Shown here in pieces: positions 12,486 through 24,728 of a stretch of DNA of 36,910 nt (position 1 is its first letter; each line of letters starts with the position of its first letter). A program made the position numbers and the translations under genes. Source of the stretch: Intoshia linei (lineage: Eukaryota > Animalia > Orthonectida); the NCBI GenBank assembly GCA_001642005.1, contig LWCA01000244.1:1-36910 (forward strand), in the 5' to 3' direction. The notes under the pieces are model-generated. The model had not been told where the DNA came from, did not search any database, and saw only the letters and a program-made list of their open reading frames with translations.

Positions 12486-14292
12486 TAAAAATGCTTGGAT
12501 TTAAGTAGACACCCTTTATTAAATATAATACTTATTAACATTACATCCATATGTAATAATACATTAAAATACTAGACCTCTTGTGGTTGTAGGACCGTTC
12601 ATAGCCCTATCCCATTTCCACGATTTTGGTCTAGGAATAACATCCTAAAATATAAAAAACTATTAAATATTTAAAAAATTTCAATGAAACAAATGTCTTT
12701 GGCTTCATTTAAGTTTTACATAGTAATATCTATATTAATACGATAGCTATGCATAAGTATCAAAATTAGAAATGGTGTACCATAGATATCAAGCAAATTT
12801 GTTATATTTTTTTTAATTGTAGGATTCTTTTCAATTTAAAAAAAGGGCTATTTGGGCTTAACTTTGAAGGACTCAATCCTTGAAAATTAAATTTGTGATG
12901 AAAAATTACTGTAAAAAAAATATATCAAAATTTTGTTTTTTTAAATTCTAGTGTTCTAAATTTTTTAATGAAACGGTAACACACAAGTTAGGCATATATT
13001 ATTATTAGGGCAATTTTTTATTGACTTATAGAATAACAAAAACACTGACCTAAAAATGAAATTACTGACTTTATCTGACCTAAAAATTTTTGTTTATTTT
13101 TATGGTTAATACCAACTGAATTGTACCTCAAACCTTTCTTTCGTAGGCTTTAAATTAAATCAATACAATATTTAAAACATCTTAATTTTAATATTCTCAT
13201 AGGCCCCGAATCAAAAAAACGATATCAATCTCATTGTGTGATTAGAGATGTTGAAAATTATTAATGTGCATTGTAGTATAGGGGACGTCATGACTTTTAG
13301 TCAATTGACCTCAAAAAAAATTTTAGTATTGAATCGACCCCCAAAATTTTTTTCTAATTTAAATTCATTCTTATTAACAAAATGACCTTTATTAGCATTA
13401 TTATTTAAATTTTATGAGCTTTTTTAATTGGTTAAGATGAAATAGTTCGCCAACAATTAGATTTTAGACATAATATAATAGTTTATATTTCATTGAAATT
13501 CAAATTACATTTAAAATTTAAATGTATTTTTATATTTTTTAATAAAATTTAATTAGTTTTAATCAAATCGACCCCTATGATGACCCCTGTTGTATAACAA
13601 TATACTTCTTAACATTAACTAATAAAAATTTCCTCTGTTTAGTTAGCAATTTTTTTAACAAACTAAAACTTTGTTCAACACTATTTGTTGTAGATGTCGC
13701 TTTTCTTAATAAATTGTATAGATAAAGTGGTCTTTGTTCAATTTTATTGTTCATTATATTATAAATATTATTTTTTTAAGTCGAATATACTTTAAAAAAT
13801 ATTGACTTTATGGCATTTAAAAAAAATTACTTTATGCCATTTATTGACTTTATAAATTGTTAATTAGCTAATTAATAAACATAATATTGATATCATGATG
13901 CTTGTAATTTCGTGCTGATTATCATATAAAAAATGGCATTTTGCCATAAAAAACTGCCCTAATTATTATATACAAAGGCAAATAAATTATTGTATATTAG
14001 TGGTCAATTATCACTACTCATGAACTGTTATTTTATCTAGCTATCTTTTTTGATACTCCAAAAAACAAATTAGTCGTTAAATTTTCAAAATCGTTTGTTT
14101 ATAAAGAGGTTTCACTGTAATTACTTCTTATTTGTAAATTTTTTTTGGATATTTATTATTTTCAAATGTAAATTAAAAAAAAAATGTGTGGTTGTCATAT
14201 AAATTGTAGCCCAAGTGATCTCGATTAGCCAGAGTCGCCACTGATGGTAATTATTATTTTTAGTATTATTGGATTGTACTATTATTATAATA

Positions 14293-14984
14293 CAGGCTAA
14301 TTCCTATTTAACGGAATTACTTTATAACGGAATTCCTGGTTAATTTAAAAAAATTCCTGAATAGCTGACTGTAAATAATATGAATTTTTTTGTAATACAA
14401 AAATTCCGTTAAATTTTAACTTACAATGACTACCATCATATAATCATATAATCATATCTACATATAATTATACTAAAGCTTTTTCGGTTTAAATTAAAGG
14501 CTTTAGATACTTTAAACATTTTATTTTTTCATTGATTATTGCTGATAATAATGGTTGATTATTAATTTTATGATATGAAATGATCTGCAAATATAGGTTA
14601 AGTGGAATGAAAGTTTTTTGGATTGGATTTTTCAATAAAAGTCAAGTCCTGAAGGTTAGAAATGATATTTTTTATTAAATTTTATTAAGGTGGGATCAAA
14701 GTGGAATTTTTTAAATAATAATGTAACAGTCGTCTAGGCTTTGAAACAATCTACATCAAGATTCTAGAAACTTTGTAATAAATATTAAATATTTTCCTAT
14801 AAAAATAAACAAAAATTGATCAAAAATTTACTTTATTTTATTTGAATCTCAAGGACCGCAGGCATATAATTTTGGATCTCAATCTGGAACCACTGTTAAA
14901 GTATACATTATTTATAAAAAATTCCTCGTTAACGAAACGACTTTTTTTCAGCCCCAATTATTCCGTTAACGAGGAATTAGCCTG
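14293..14984. mobile_element. Tc1/mariner-superfamily (pogo/Tigger-like) MITE, 692 bp
   Basis: Left TIR caggctaattcctatttaacggaat versus reverse complement of the right end caggctaattcctcgttaacggaat. TA on both flanks, subterminal taacggaa repeats, no ORF. Confidence 0.92.
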
Positions 14985-15544
14985 TAATAATTGAATTTTC
15001 CAGAGCATATGCGTAACACGGTTGAGTAACATCACATTGTTCCATCGATAAATGTATAAATAAAGGTTAACAGAAGTGTAAATTAGCATCATGTAGATTC
15101 ATGAGAAGCAAAAATTTTAACAAAACTGTAAATCGTATATAAAATATCACAGAAAAGATACAACCGAGACATAAGGCTGATGAAATTTTAATGAAGGCAA
15201 ATTCGACCGCTTTTTTCTGAAATAAAAAAAACTGTGTTTGTCTTGTCATAACCGGTTTATTACATTCTTATTGTAATTCAAATCGTTATTTTCATGTTAA
15301 AGGAAAGATAATTTTATGTGGCTAAATAATTACTAAATTCAATAAGAAAACGTTATATGCATATTTGAAACATAAAATTAATATCTAGTTTATTATATTT
15401 AAATAATCCAAATTAATTAAAAATCCCAGTTTCCCGCTTTACACGAAAAAAATAATCATTGCATTTATTTTAAGCTTTATTAACACTAATGTGAACTCTA
15501 TTCCTAAAGAATACTGACCTGAGTCGAAAATAGTAGATAATAAT

Positions 15545-15730
15545 ATAATGAGTGATTATTTAAATGAAATTAAACATATTAATCCATCAATAACTTTTAA
15601 TAAAAGAACATTTAATGATATATAGAATAAAAAACGAAGAAAGTGTTTTTATAAGGCGAGCTGAAGATACTATTAACGATAAAGCCGTCGAGTATTGAAT
15701 CGGAATTTACATTTTCCAAATGATTAAACT
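15545..15730 (+). pseudogene. Possible decayed hAT transposase internal fragment
   Basis: Broken frames read KKRRKCFY / AEDTINDKAVEY*IGIY, resembling the basic-acidic stretch of ZMYM1-like hAT transposases. Judged by eye only. Confidence 0.3.
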
Positions 15731-16748
15731 TTCTATGCCAAAAAGGATCAAATTTGATTCGTCAGTGATTAACGCAATGTTATTTTTACTATAGTATATA
15801 CAGAAATACAATACAAAACAATAATATGTATGTATGTTTAAGTACATTAAATATTTTTATTTGTCGGTCCGGTTTTGCAGTCTTCTGGTTTTTATTTGTT
15901 TTAGGAAACACTAATAGGAACATCTATATAGTATATGATTATAAGAAACATCCTTTGTATTATATATACACGTGCTTAGGTTGATTATTTTATTTACGAT
16001 TCTTAGTTACAATCCTAGTTGAGAATCTCAACTTGAAAAAATTTTTTAGTAACCCATCCTAGAATGTTTATTCTATTCGAAAAATATTTGTTGATTCTTG
16101 TATATTTTCAATATACCGAGTGCAAACATTTAATATTTAACCAGTCACATAGCTGCCCATTCCCTCCTACAACACATCATTATTTTGAAAATATTTTGTC
16201 GGTTGTTACTCGCATATAGATATTCGCATTCTAATGTCAATAGAGTAGTTTTAAACTGTTTTATTACATTTCGAATTTTACCATATTTGAATTTTTTTTA
16301 AATATCACTTTGTTTAAGTTGTACGCACTCAAAATTTTATATTTTGATTAAATTAAGATAAAGATTGAGATAATGATTAAAATGAAATATATGAAATCGC
16401 AAAAATTTTATGTAAATAAAGGCCTCATGTTTTCCTTATGTTTTATTAAATTTTATAAATCATAACATTTGCAAGTTGATAAAGTTTTATACAAGGTATG
16501 TAATTAGGTAATAGGGCCTATTGTACAGTAATTAATTTAAAATATTTTTCATTACATGTTAATAAATATTATTTTATTTACAAAGATTATAATTATATGT
16601 TAATACTAATATCATAATCTGATCATAAATAAGAAGTTTAATAAATAATTTATTTTGATACAGTGCCAAATGCTTGTTATAAATTATAAAATATTCGAGT
16701 TTCATGAAAAGTTTGAAACTTAGCACTAGACATGTATAATATACAGAA

Positions 16749-17085
16749 CTAGGTTGACTGTTATGTACTACATACAAACAGCACTTAACTCTGCCGAGGA
16801 CACATTTTTATTCTAACAAAAAAATAAATTCACGTTGAAAATCTAACTTAAAAATATTAAAAATTATTTTTCACCGGGAATGCGTAGATTTCTGTGGTTG
16901 AAATTTGGTATTTATATCAACTGGAATAAGCTCTATCAGAAAAATTTTTTTTTTATTTTTCGGACCATTAATTATTTCACATTTTTTGTTTTAATAAAAT
17001 ATTTCTGAAAAAAAATATATGAATACTAAAATGCTTTTTTCACCGTGAAAGCATCACTTATTCAGATTGAAATTTTTTGTGTGTG
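16749..17085 (-). mobile_element. Helitron-like family copy with intact 3' terminus, internally deleted
   Basis: Minus strand ends ...ctgtttgtatgtagtacataacagtcaacCTAG|t (imperfect hairpin, then CTAG, then T). It is joined to sequence matching ~10085..10310. Confidence 0.8.
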
Positions 17086-18844
17086 TTGTGTTGTAAAATT
17101 TTGGACAGGTGTATAGATTAATGAAACAAACAAAATTTTCACTTCTCTTTCCAGAAAATCTGAAAATAATTATTTACTATGAAAAATATGTCCACCCTAG
17201 TGCACAACTCTGTAAAAATGAATGTCTATGTGTGTGTAACCATTTATTGAAAAAATTGAGAGTCAAATGATTTAAAAAACCCCAATTTCTAATACATGTT
17301 TTCCCAGGACGTATTTTTATTTACTTGTCAGTTTCAGAATTTAAGTCCTTCATGGTCAAAAATCCAATTACCCCGTTTGTTTAAAAAAAATCAGCCTAAA
17401 ATCAACCCAAAAATGTAATAAAACATACATTCATAAACGCGTTAAAAAACCATTAACATTTTCGTTAATCTCAACTTCAAAAACGCATACCTTCACGGTC
17501 AAAACCACATATTACCCTTTGTTTTAAAAATGAAACATGTTGTAAAATTTTTTTAAAATTGTAAAATTCATATACATGTATTACTTTATGATTAAAAATA
17601 AAGAATTAATATTTTCTGATAGTTAGATTTTTAAAATCAAAGGTAACAATAGAAAATCCCATTTAGACTTTGTTTAAACTTTTTTATGATATTTTGTATA
17701 AGTTGGAAAATTTTAAAAGCATTTTTGTTAATTTTCAAACATATTCAAAACACAACATACATTTCAATAGCAAAATATTTAATTTATTTAAACTTATTAA
17801 CATGTAAATTATATATGCTAATTTATTTAGCAAAAATGATTAAATATCAATAATTTTACTTCAACAATATCACCTTCATACATTTGCAATAAATGACATT
17901 TTTTCATACCTAGATCCCTTGATAAAATAATATGTATTAAAATTCGAGTAAAAATTTTTTTTAATTTTTTACGTATTGTCTGACTCGTAGAAACAGCTGC
18001 GATAGCAGATATTACAATATTATATTGATACAAATGATGAAAATGTTTTTCAATCCAGTAAATACAATGTAGATAAACTTTATCAGAACCAGAAATTCAC
18101 AGTGAATTCACAGAAAATTCGTATAAAACTGTGTAGAAAATATACTCTTAACCTACATAGAGTTAATTAATTTATTCTATAATTTCGTTTGGAGTTTCTT
18201 ATCAAAGTGTAAAGGGGTAAATTAAAAAATAAATTAAAAATTCTGCTTAAATTAAGAAAATTGGTAAAGAGATGTTATATATTATTAATAAAGTATTATA
18301 CAATATTTGTACATCAAATTAAATTTGATCCAGATAATAATATGTAATTAACATATAGTAAAGTATTTACTATTATAGAGAATATTATTAGAGAATTTAA
18401 AAAATACATTTAGCATTTATATATATTTTTGAAATTTCTGAGACGGTTAGTTTTCTCAATAAATGGTTACATTCAGAGACAATCAAATATTTTCAATTTT
18501 TAAATTATTTTTAAGTAAGGATTACTCATCTAGTTTATTTTTTATTTATTTATTAATAATGAGACCAAGCCGTAGCAAAAATCAAAGAGAGAGTAGCCGG
18601 TAAGATGAAAATTTTATGTCTTTACTTTGTAGCGGATGTAGGTGGTGCAGGGCGGTCGCCCCTGGCATGACAAATGTGCCCTAAAATATTTTAAAGTGTA
18701 TATCAACATTGTGTATCATGAACAAAAATTTATACGAATCATCAAATTGCGTTTATTGAATTATGTTTATTACCATTGTTTACGTTTTATGTATATTAAT
18801 TATGTATCGGACTTTAACAACAGTTTAAGTTAAATTATCGGACT

Positions 18845-20131
18845 TTCCATCTTAATTTTTTTTGTTAACATTTGCGTAAAGAATTATAAAAACAATTGTT
18901 ATTCCATTTTTTTTTATTAAACAGAATGTGTGTATAATATTAAAAATAGAGTAAAAACAGTCCAATTCTAAAAATTGTCATAAATAGCATAAATTCCAGA
19001 AAAAAATAAAATTATATAAACCTATTTTATCATTTTCAATGTAATAATATATATTCAGTACCAATTTAATAAATACTTTAAAATACTAATTATGTATCAA
19101 TAATTAACCGAATCTTCACTTTATAAACATATTTCAGTCGAATTTACCAATTTGCAAAGGATTGTATTAAATATAAAAATAATATTAACAAAGTTTTTTT
19201 AGTTTCATTGTTATAGTTTATATTTAAATTGAATTCAAAATGTTTTGAAAATGAGAATTTGAAATTTAAAAATTGCGTAGCAATAAAAAAAATTCCGAAG
19301 GAATGAATTATATAGATTTTCATCCATATTTCTTTATTGGAAATGTGTAGACGTTCAATGCACATTTTTTTTGAAATTGTAGGATCAATATTTACATTTT
19401 CACTTTTTACTTTAATTAATTTATTTTATTTTACGTTAATCGAAATATTTGAAAAATATTGGTTGATAATATATTAAAAATTATTTTTCACCCGGGAATG
19501 CGTAGATTCGGGATCTCGGGTTGAAATTTTGTATTTATATCACGTGTGAATAAGCTGTATCGGAATAATTTTATTTTTTTAATTTTCGGACCGTTAATTA
19601 TTTCACATTTTTTGTTTTAATAAAATATTTCGGAAATAATATATGAATACTAAAATGCTTTTTTTACCGTGAAGACGTCACTTATTCAGATTGAAATTTT
19701 TTTTGTGTGTTAACAGGATACAACTGTTAAAACTGTAATATTTTTAAATTCTAGTTCTGTTTTTATTAAAAAAGAAGAGTAATTTGGAGTTTGCCCCTGA
19801 AGATATATTTTTTTAAAATTTAAATTTACGATAATATTTATGATTTTTAAATCTGTATCAGAGTATATATATATATTTTTAATTCTCCCATTTGTTTGAT
19901 TTTCAAAAAAAGGACAATGGGGGTTTTTGACCCGTAAGATGTAAGTTTGGGAGGTTGACATTTATTTTACCAACACTCCTGGAAAAAACTGTAATTGACA
20001 TGTAGACTTTATAAAATTCTAAGACTGGTAGTTATTGAAATAAACGGTAACACACACAGACCAACAAAAATCGCGTAGCATATTACATATGTATATAAGT
20101 TAGAATATATATTATACATAGTAAGTTAGGA
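18845..20131 (-). mobile_element. Helitron-like family, longest copy in the window
   Basis: Minus strand starts A|TCCTAACTTAC...atgctacgcgatttttgttggtctgtgtgtgttac. Matches 9760..10735; its distal part matches 32660..32790 and 23420..23520. Confidence 0.8.
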
Positions 20132-20185
20132 TTATTATCTTAATAATAATTATTGTATTGTTTTTATAGTATTAAAATAAGTTCA

Positions 20186-20237
20186 CTCTCGGCAGAGCTA
20201 ACTACTGTTTGTACGAAGTAACTAACAGTAAACCTAG
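20186..20237 (+). mobile_element. Isolated Helitron-like 3' terminus (a shorter one lies at 153..174)
   Basis: ctcggcagagctaactactgtttgtacgaagtaactaacagtaaacCTAG|t is homologous to the terminus at 16749. Confidence 0.7.
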
Positions 20238-20696
20238 TTTGATATAAAAACATTTACATTTCGTTAATTGACACATTGTAAATTTATTCATACTACTCAA
20301 AATACTACATATTATCTTCATTTTGTGTTGTAGTGAAATTTTTTATAATTTTGAAAAATTACAATTTTCGTGGACCGTAATGAAAATTTTTATAAAAAAT
20401 TTTGTTTCGAAAGGACACTTAAAAAATAAGAAACAAAATTGTGCGTTACTTTTCCGTTAATTTATCGTTATCAGAGGCGGATCCAAGAGGATAGTTAATG
20501 GGGTGCGAGAGAAGCAAGCAATTTTTTTAGGGGTGTCTGTTTTAATATCAAGGCCTCTAGTTTGATTTTAAAGCGTCTTTTTTAACTTCATTTAAAAGTT
20601 TTTATACAATAGTTTCCAAATTTGTATTTTTTCGCAAAAATAACAAAAATGATCAGGATAAAAAAAAAGAAATTAATTTTTTTCATTAAATAATCC

Positions 20697-20960
20697 TTAA
20701 TCAATTAGGTCCAGTCTTCTTGGATGAAGTATTTCAAATTCATTAACCAAACTTTCAATATCAAAATTATAGTCATAGTGGCAATTCATGAGGGCCAGTC
20801 CACATAGACGATTACCAGTCATTGTTGATCTTAAAAAGGTTTTCAATCTTCTTAAAATGCTAATGGAGCGTTCAAATTCACATGTGGTGATTGACAATGT
20901 AGCCAAAATAATTAAAAGTTGATGAATATTTCGAAACAAATTAGAATTGCAGCTTTCGAT
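20697..20960 (-). pseudogene. hAT dimerisation-domain remnant (THAP12/PRKRIR-like)
   Basis: FRNIHQLLIILATLSITTCEFERSISILRRLKTFLRSTMTGNRLCGLALMNCH...FEILHPRRL fits the family pattern TxxVTxCExERSxSxLRRLKTxLRSTMxxxRLxGLAL. Confidence 0.92.
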
Positions 20961-21580
20961 TAATTGTATGATAGTGGTCTTTTAATTAAGTTTTTTTTGT
21001 CTATCTAGTACAGGCATTCCCAACTTTTTTTCGCTGTGGATCCTTAAGATAATATTACAAAAAACTTATGGACCCCCAAAAAAATTAATAATAATGATAA
21101 TTTTTAATGAATCATTACATTTGGGTGAAACGAATGATGGTCAAAAGACATAAAGTACTCTATTTTTGCAAGATGATAAAATTTATGAATTATTAATATT
21201 CATCTTTAACCCGTCAATGTTCCCAAAATGGAACATGTTCTTCAGGTATTGTTGACATTACAATATTAATTGTTTACTACATATTTTATCAGATAAATAT
21301 AAAGTCTATATTATCTATCTTCCCTGTGAAAATTAATATTTTATATCCCTTGGTTGATGTTTCATATAATCATGAATATTGACTGATTTTTTGTAATATT
21401 TTTTAATTTGAAATTTAAAGCTTTTTTTATGACTAGAAACTTGGCTCGGTCATAAATTTTAATAAAATAATTAAATAAAAACGCTGCTACTAAAATACAA
21501 TAATGGAGGTTTCCCAATAAGTTTTTACATTTGTAAGTAATTTAATACCTAAGAATTTGCTTTTACATGATTTGCACGTT

Positions 21581-21793
21581 TTATATTAGTATTTCTGAGC
21601 CTTTATGTTTAAAAAACGACTTTATGTTACTGAAAATGTCTATAATATGGAATAAATGTATATAATTTTCATGGACCCTGTTGAGAATGGCTGATCTAGT
21701 ATATTCTGCTTTGAGATCTTTATCTAATGATATGCATGGTAAAAATAATTCATATTTTTCTGCGAATTCTTTCAAATCTTCAAAATGACTCAT
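21581..21793 (-). pseudogene. Probable second, deleted hAT transposase fragment
   Basis: FAEKYELFLP...DLKAEY joined to AILNRVH...IIDIFS resembles two separated parts of a hAT C-terminus. Confidence 0.4.
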
Positions 21794-22216
21794 TTTAATA
21801 AATTAAAATTTTTTTCAGTTATTTTACAAAACATTAATTAAATATTTTATAAAAAAATTTAGGGGTGCAACTGCACCTTCTTTACCCTTGAATCTGCTTT
21901 AGTTATAACGAAAAAAAATTAATAACCACTAACCATCAAACACTATTAATATATAATGTAAATAACATTATAAAGTAAAAGGATACATCAAACGCTACTC
22001 CTTTGATAAGTTATGATTAATTTATATGGAATACTAGAGCAGCATACATTAGAGCCATATATGAGGTATTATAAATTATAGACTGATACACCACCATCTG
22101 CCGTGGCTACCATAATTATCTGCTGATAACATCAAAATTATTTAAAAAATCAGTTTAATTTGATTATTGAAGAGTGAATTAATTGAAATTAAAATATTGC
22201 AAGTTTTACGAAAATT

Positions 22217-22679
22217 TTATTTATACAACATGCTGTAAATTAAAAAGACAAGTTGACATGATATAAGTAAATTTAAAATAATTAGGCATTCATACTTAAA
22301 AGCTTTCAATAAATTTTCTTGGTTTAAATATTTAACATACTTGTATAAAAAATACAAAGACAACATAACTAAATAAAAATAAATAATTATGCATTCAAAA
22401 AAAAATAAATAATTTACTTGTAAGTGGACACAGAAAAACGGAAATTCCGGTTACTCCTTTAAATATTGTCTTTCTGTTTTTATGTCTCTCTTTGATAATT
22501 ACATTAAAATTGATGGGGAATTTAGTTCTTTTTTTTAGAGTATCATTTTCTACTTTTACTTTATCTTCTATTCCAAATTCTTCATTTTCATTTATATCTG
22601 AAATTTGAACTTTTTTTTCAGTATATTCAGGCGATGCAGTAAGTACAGGTTCTTTCTTTTCCATGTCTTTATCATCCAT
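22217..22679 (-). CDS. Small membrane protein with CD225/dispanin-like topology, paralog A (exons 22679..22418 and 22368..22217; 137 aa)
   Basis: A 49-bp phase-1 GT-AG intron gives ...KTIFKGVTGISVFLCPLT|IMLSLYFLYKYVKYLNQENLLKAFKYECLIILNLLISCQLVFLIYSMLYK*. Acidic N-terminus, two hydrophobic segments and a short loop; aligns with the neighbouring gene at 23885. Confidence 0.75.
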
Positions 22680-23419
22680 TAACAAATATAACAATGTTAT
22701 GGATATTTTGTTTAAACTGCAGTACAAACTATATAGTCGCAAATTTATTATTTACGTTTATATCCAACTACACACGACTACAAGTACAATTGTGTGTTGG
22801 TTTGTTTTTTGACATAGTAATATGAATATTTCAATTAGATGTATTAGTAGATATATTCAGGATCAACGCGTGAATATAATTACAGTAGTTACTTCCAAAT
22901 TGGAGTATAGATAAACTTGTAAGTTTTATTAACTTATATCTTACAGTAAGTTACAATATAGTCTAATATAAGCTTATATCAAATTTCTTGGCATGTTTTA
23001 CAAAATAATAACAATAATGATCATCAATAAATAAATTTATTTAAATGAATACACAAGTTGTACAAATATTGATAATTCATAAACAACTGTCATATGATAT
23101 GATTCATATCATTCAATTAAATGAATAATTATATAAATCGCTCAGGAATGAATCAATGAAAGAAATTTAAATGAATCAACTGTATAACTAAACATGGAGA
23201 ACATTATTATAAAGTCGGTACCACGTTTAAAAGCTCAAACGCCAATTTCCGTTAAAATAAAGTTCAGTTTTAATTTCTCCATAATATTTTTAAAGTGATA
23301 TTTAAAATGACAAACGCAACTCGAATCGATAGCGTTAAATGTTTTTCTATTTTAAAAATACAAAGTTTTAGTGCTAATTGCCCTTGATTTTGTGATTCTG
23401 TGACATCATGTGACACCCT

Positions 23420-23690
23420 AATACACACATTTTGTCTAATAAATAAAAAAATGGATAAAAATTGTTTTTAAAATTTTTTACGCAAATGTTAATAACAAAA
23501 ATTAAGATGGAATAATTCATTTTAAAGTAAAATTTTATGTGATATGACGGTTCCACCTGAAACAAGTTTGGGAACGACTCCTTTAAAGGATTGATAATAG
23601 TAAATAATAGGATTTTTAAGTTAGATTTTCAACGTGAATATATTTTTTTGGTATAATAAAAATGTGCCCTCGGCAAAGCTAGGTGCTGTT
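23420..23690 (+). mobile_element. Helitron-like family fragment (3' region) between the divergent gene pair
   Basis: 23420..23562 is the near reverse complement of 32620..32770, and 23611..23690 is the near reverse complement of 16775..16855. Confidence 0.75.
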
Positions 23691-23760
23691 AATTATATAA
23701 TTTTATATGAAATGAAGTACCATTATTACGTCAAATTTGACCTTTTAAATTTAGTTGATT

Positions 23761-23776
23761 GGGTATATAAATACCC
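23761..23776 (+). promoter_or_regulatory. Candidate TATA box of the gene at 23885
   Basis: gggTATATAAAtaccc about 120 bp upstream of the ATG. Weak evidence given the AT-rich background. Confidence 0.35.
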
Positions 23777-23884
23777 CACGCGAGTAGTTCCGCGTTAAAA
23801 ATATTTTATAAAATATCAACTACTAAAATTGCCATATAAACTAAATTTAATATTGACACAATTTATTAGTTATCTAATATTTCA

Positions 23885-24728
23885 ATGAATCCGGAAAACC
23901 AACTACCTGTAATGGAAAAATTGCCAGAGTACAACGAAATAGAACCTGAAACTACAAATGTAATAACTGAACCTTATAACTTTACAATAACAAGGGTTGT
24001 TCAATATGAAAAATCTAAAAACTTGTCAATCTATCTGACGATATTAACATTCTTTATGGACCCAATTTTAGGTAGTACTATTCATATTATTTATAAAGTC
24101 TAACTCAACGTTCCCAAACTTTTTCATGCTAGGATCTGCTTTTACTCTTAATAAATTCCAAGCCCCTCTTTATAAAATGACCTAACGGTCAATTTTAAAT
24201 CAGTGATTAGTAAATTCAGTTCAATCAGTAATTAAATTCTCAATAAATTTATCAGGTTCCACCAGTGGGCCACAGTTAGAAATTAGGTTAGACTCTTATC
24301 GATCCACCATGAATTTCGATTATAATGATAAATTTATTACGTTTGGCTATTTTTAGGTAACGAATGTGAAAAAAATATTTATTTAAGTTTATTTAAAGTA
24401 ATTAGGATTTATTTTAAAAATTTTATTTTTATTTTTGGAAAATTTGAGACCATTTTACAAAAAATTTGTTAGATCTAAAGAATGATCTTGGTACGGACTA
24501 CGTACTACGGAATCATCCAACCACCTCAATATTACTTAGACATAATTTTGAAATGTTATACATACTTAATATTAATATTTAGCTCTGATTTCAGTTTATT
24601 TTTTAAATAAACACGAAAATGAACCGGATCCAAAAAAAAAAAAAATATATTCCCAAATCATCACATACAACGTTATTATTGCAATGTCATGCCTAATTAT
24701 ATTTATTTTTACAAACATGTCAACATAG
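23885..24728 (+). CDS. Small membrane protein with CD225/dispanin-like topology, paralog B (exons 23885..24071 and 24583..24728; 110 aa)
   Basis: A phase-1 GT-AG intron (24072..24582) gives ...NLSIYLTILTFFMDPIL|ALISVYFLNKHENEPDPKKKKIYSQIITYNVIIAMSCLIIFIFTNMST*. LPEY motif near the N-terminus; same intron position as paralog A. Confidence 0.78.

Larger units (their letters stand above)
20472..21902 (-). mobile_element. Degenerate hAT element carrying two transposase relics
   Basis: Left end cagaggcggatccaag and right end cttgaatctgctttag match 11/16 as inverted repeats. ggggtgc occurs near both ends. No 8-bp TSD, so the two ends may belong to different insertions. Confidence 0.55.

Noticed and set aside
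17827-18130. Minus-strand coding-like stretch, vaguely like a tetraspanin C-terminus
   Set aside because: Contains stops, has no diagnostic CCG motif and gives no supportable exon chain.
19144-19961. ORFs 19144..19365 and 19710..19961 (also 23374..23565 and 35717..35920)
   Set aside because: They lie in or across copies of the Helitron-like repeat and have no recognisable domain; best explained as chance ORFs.
22395-22742. KTIFKGVTG read as an ABCG transporter N-terminus, and the ORF-track start at 22742
   Set aside because: No Walker A motif follows. Splicing gives a short two-hydrophobic-segment protein, and the first ATG is at 22679.
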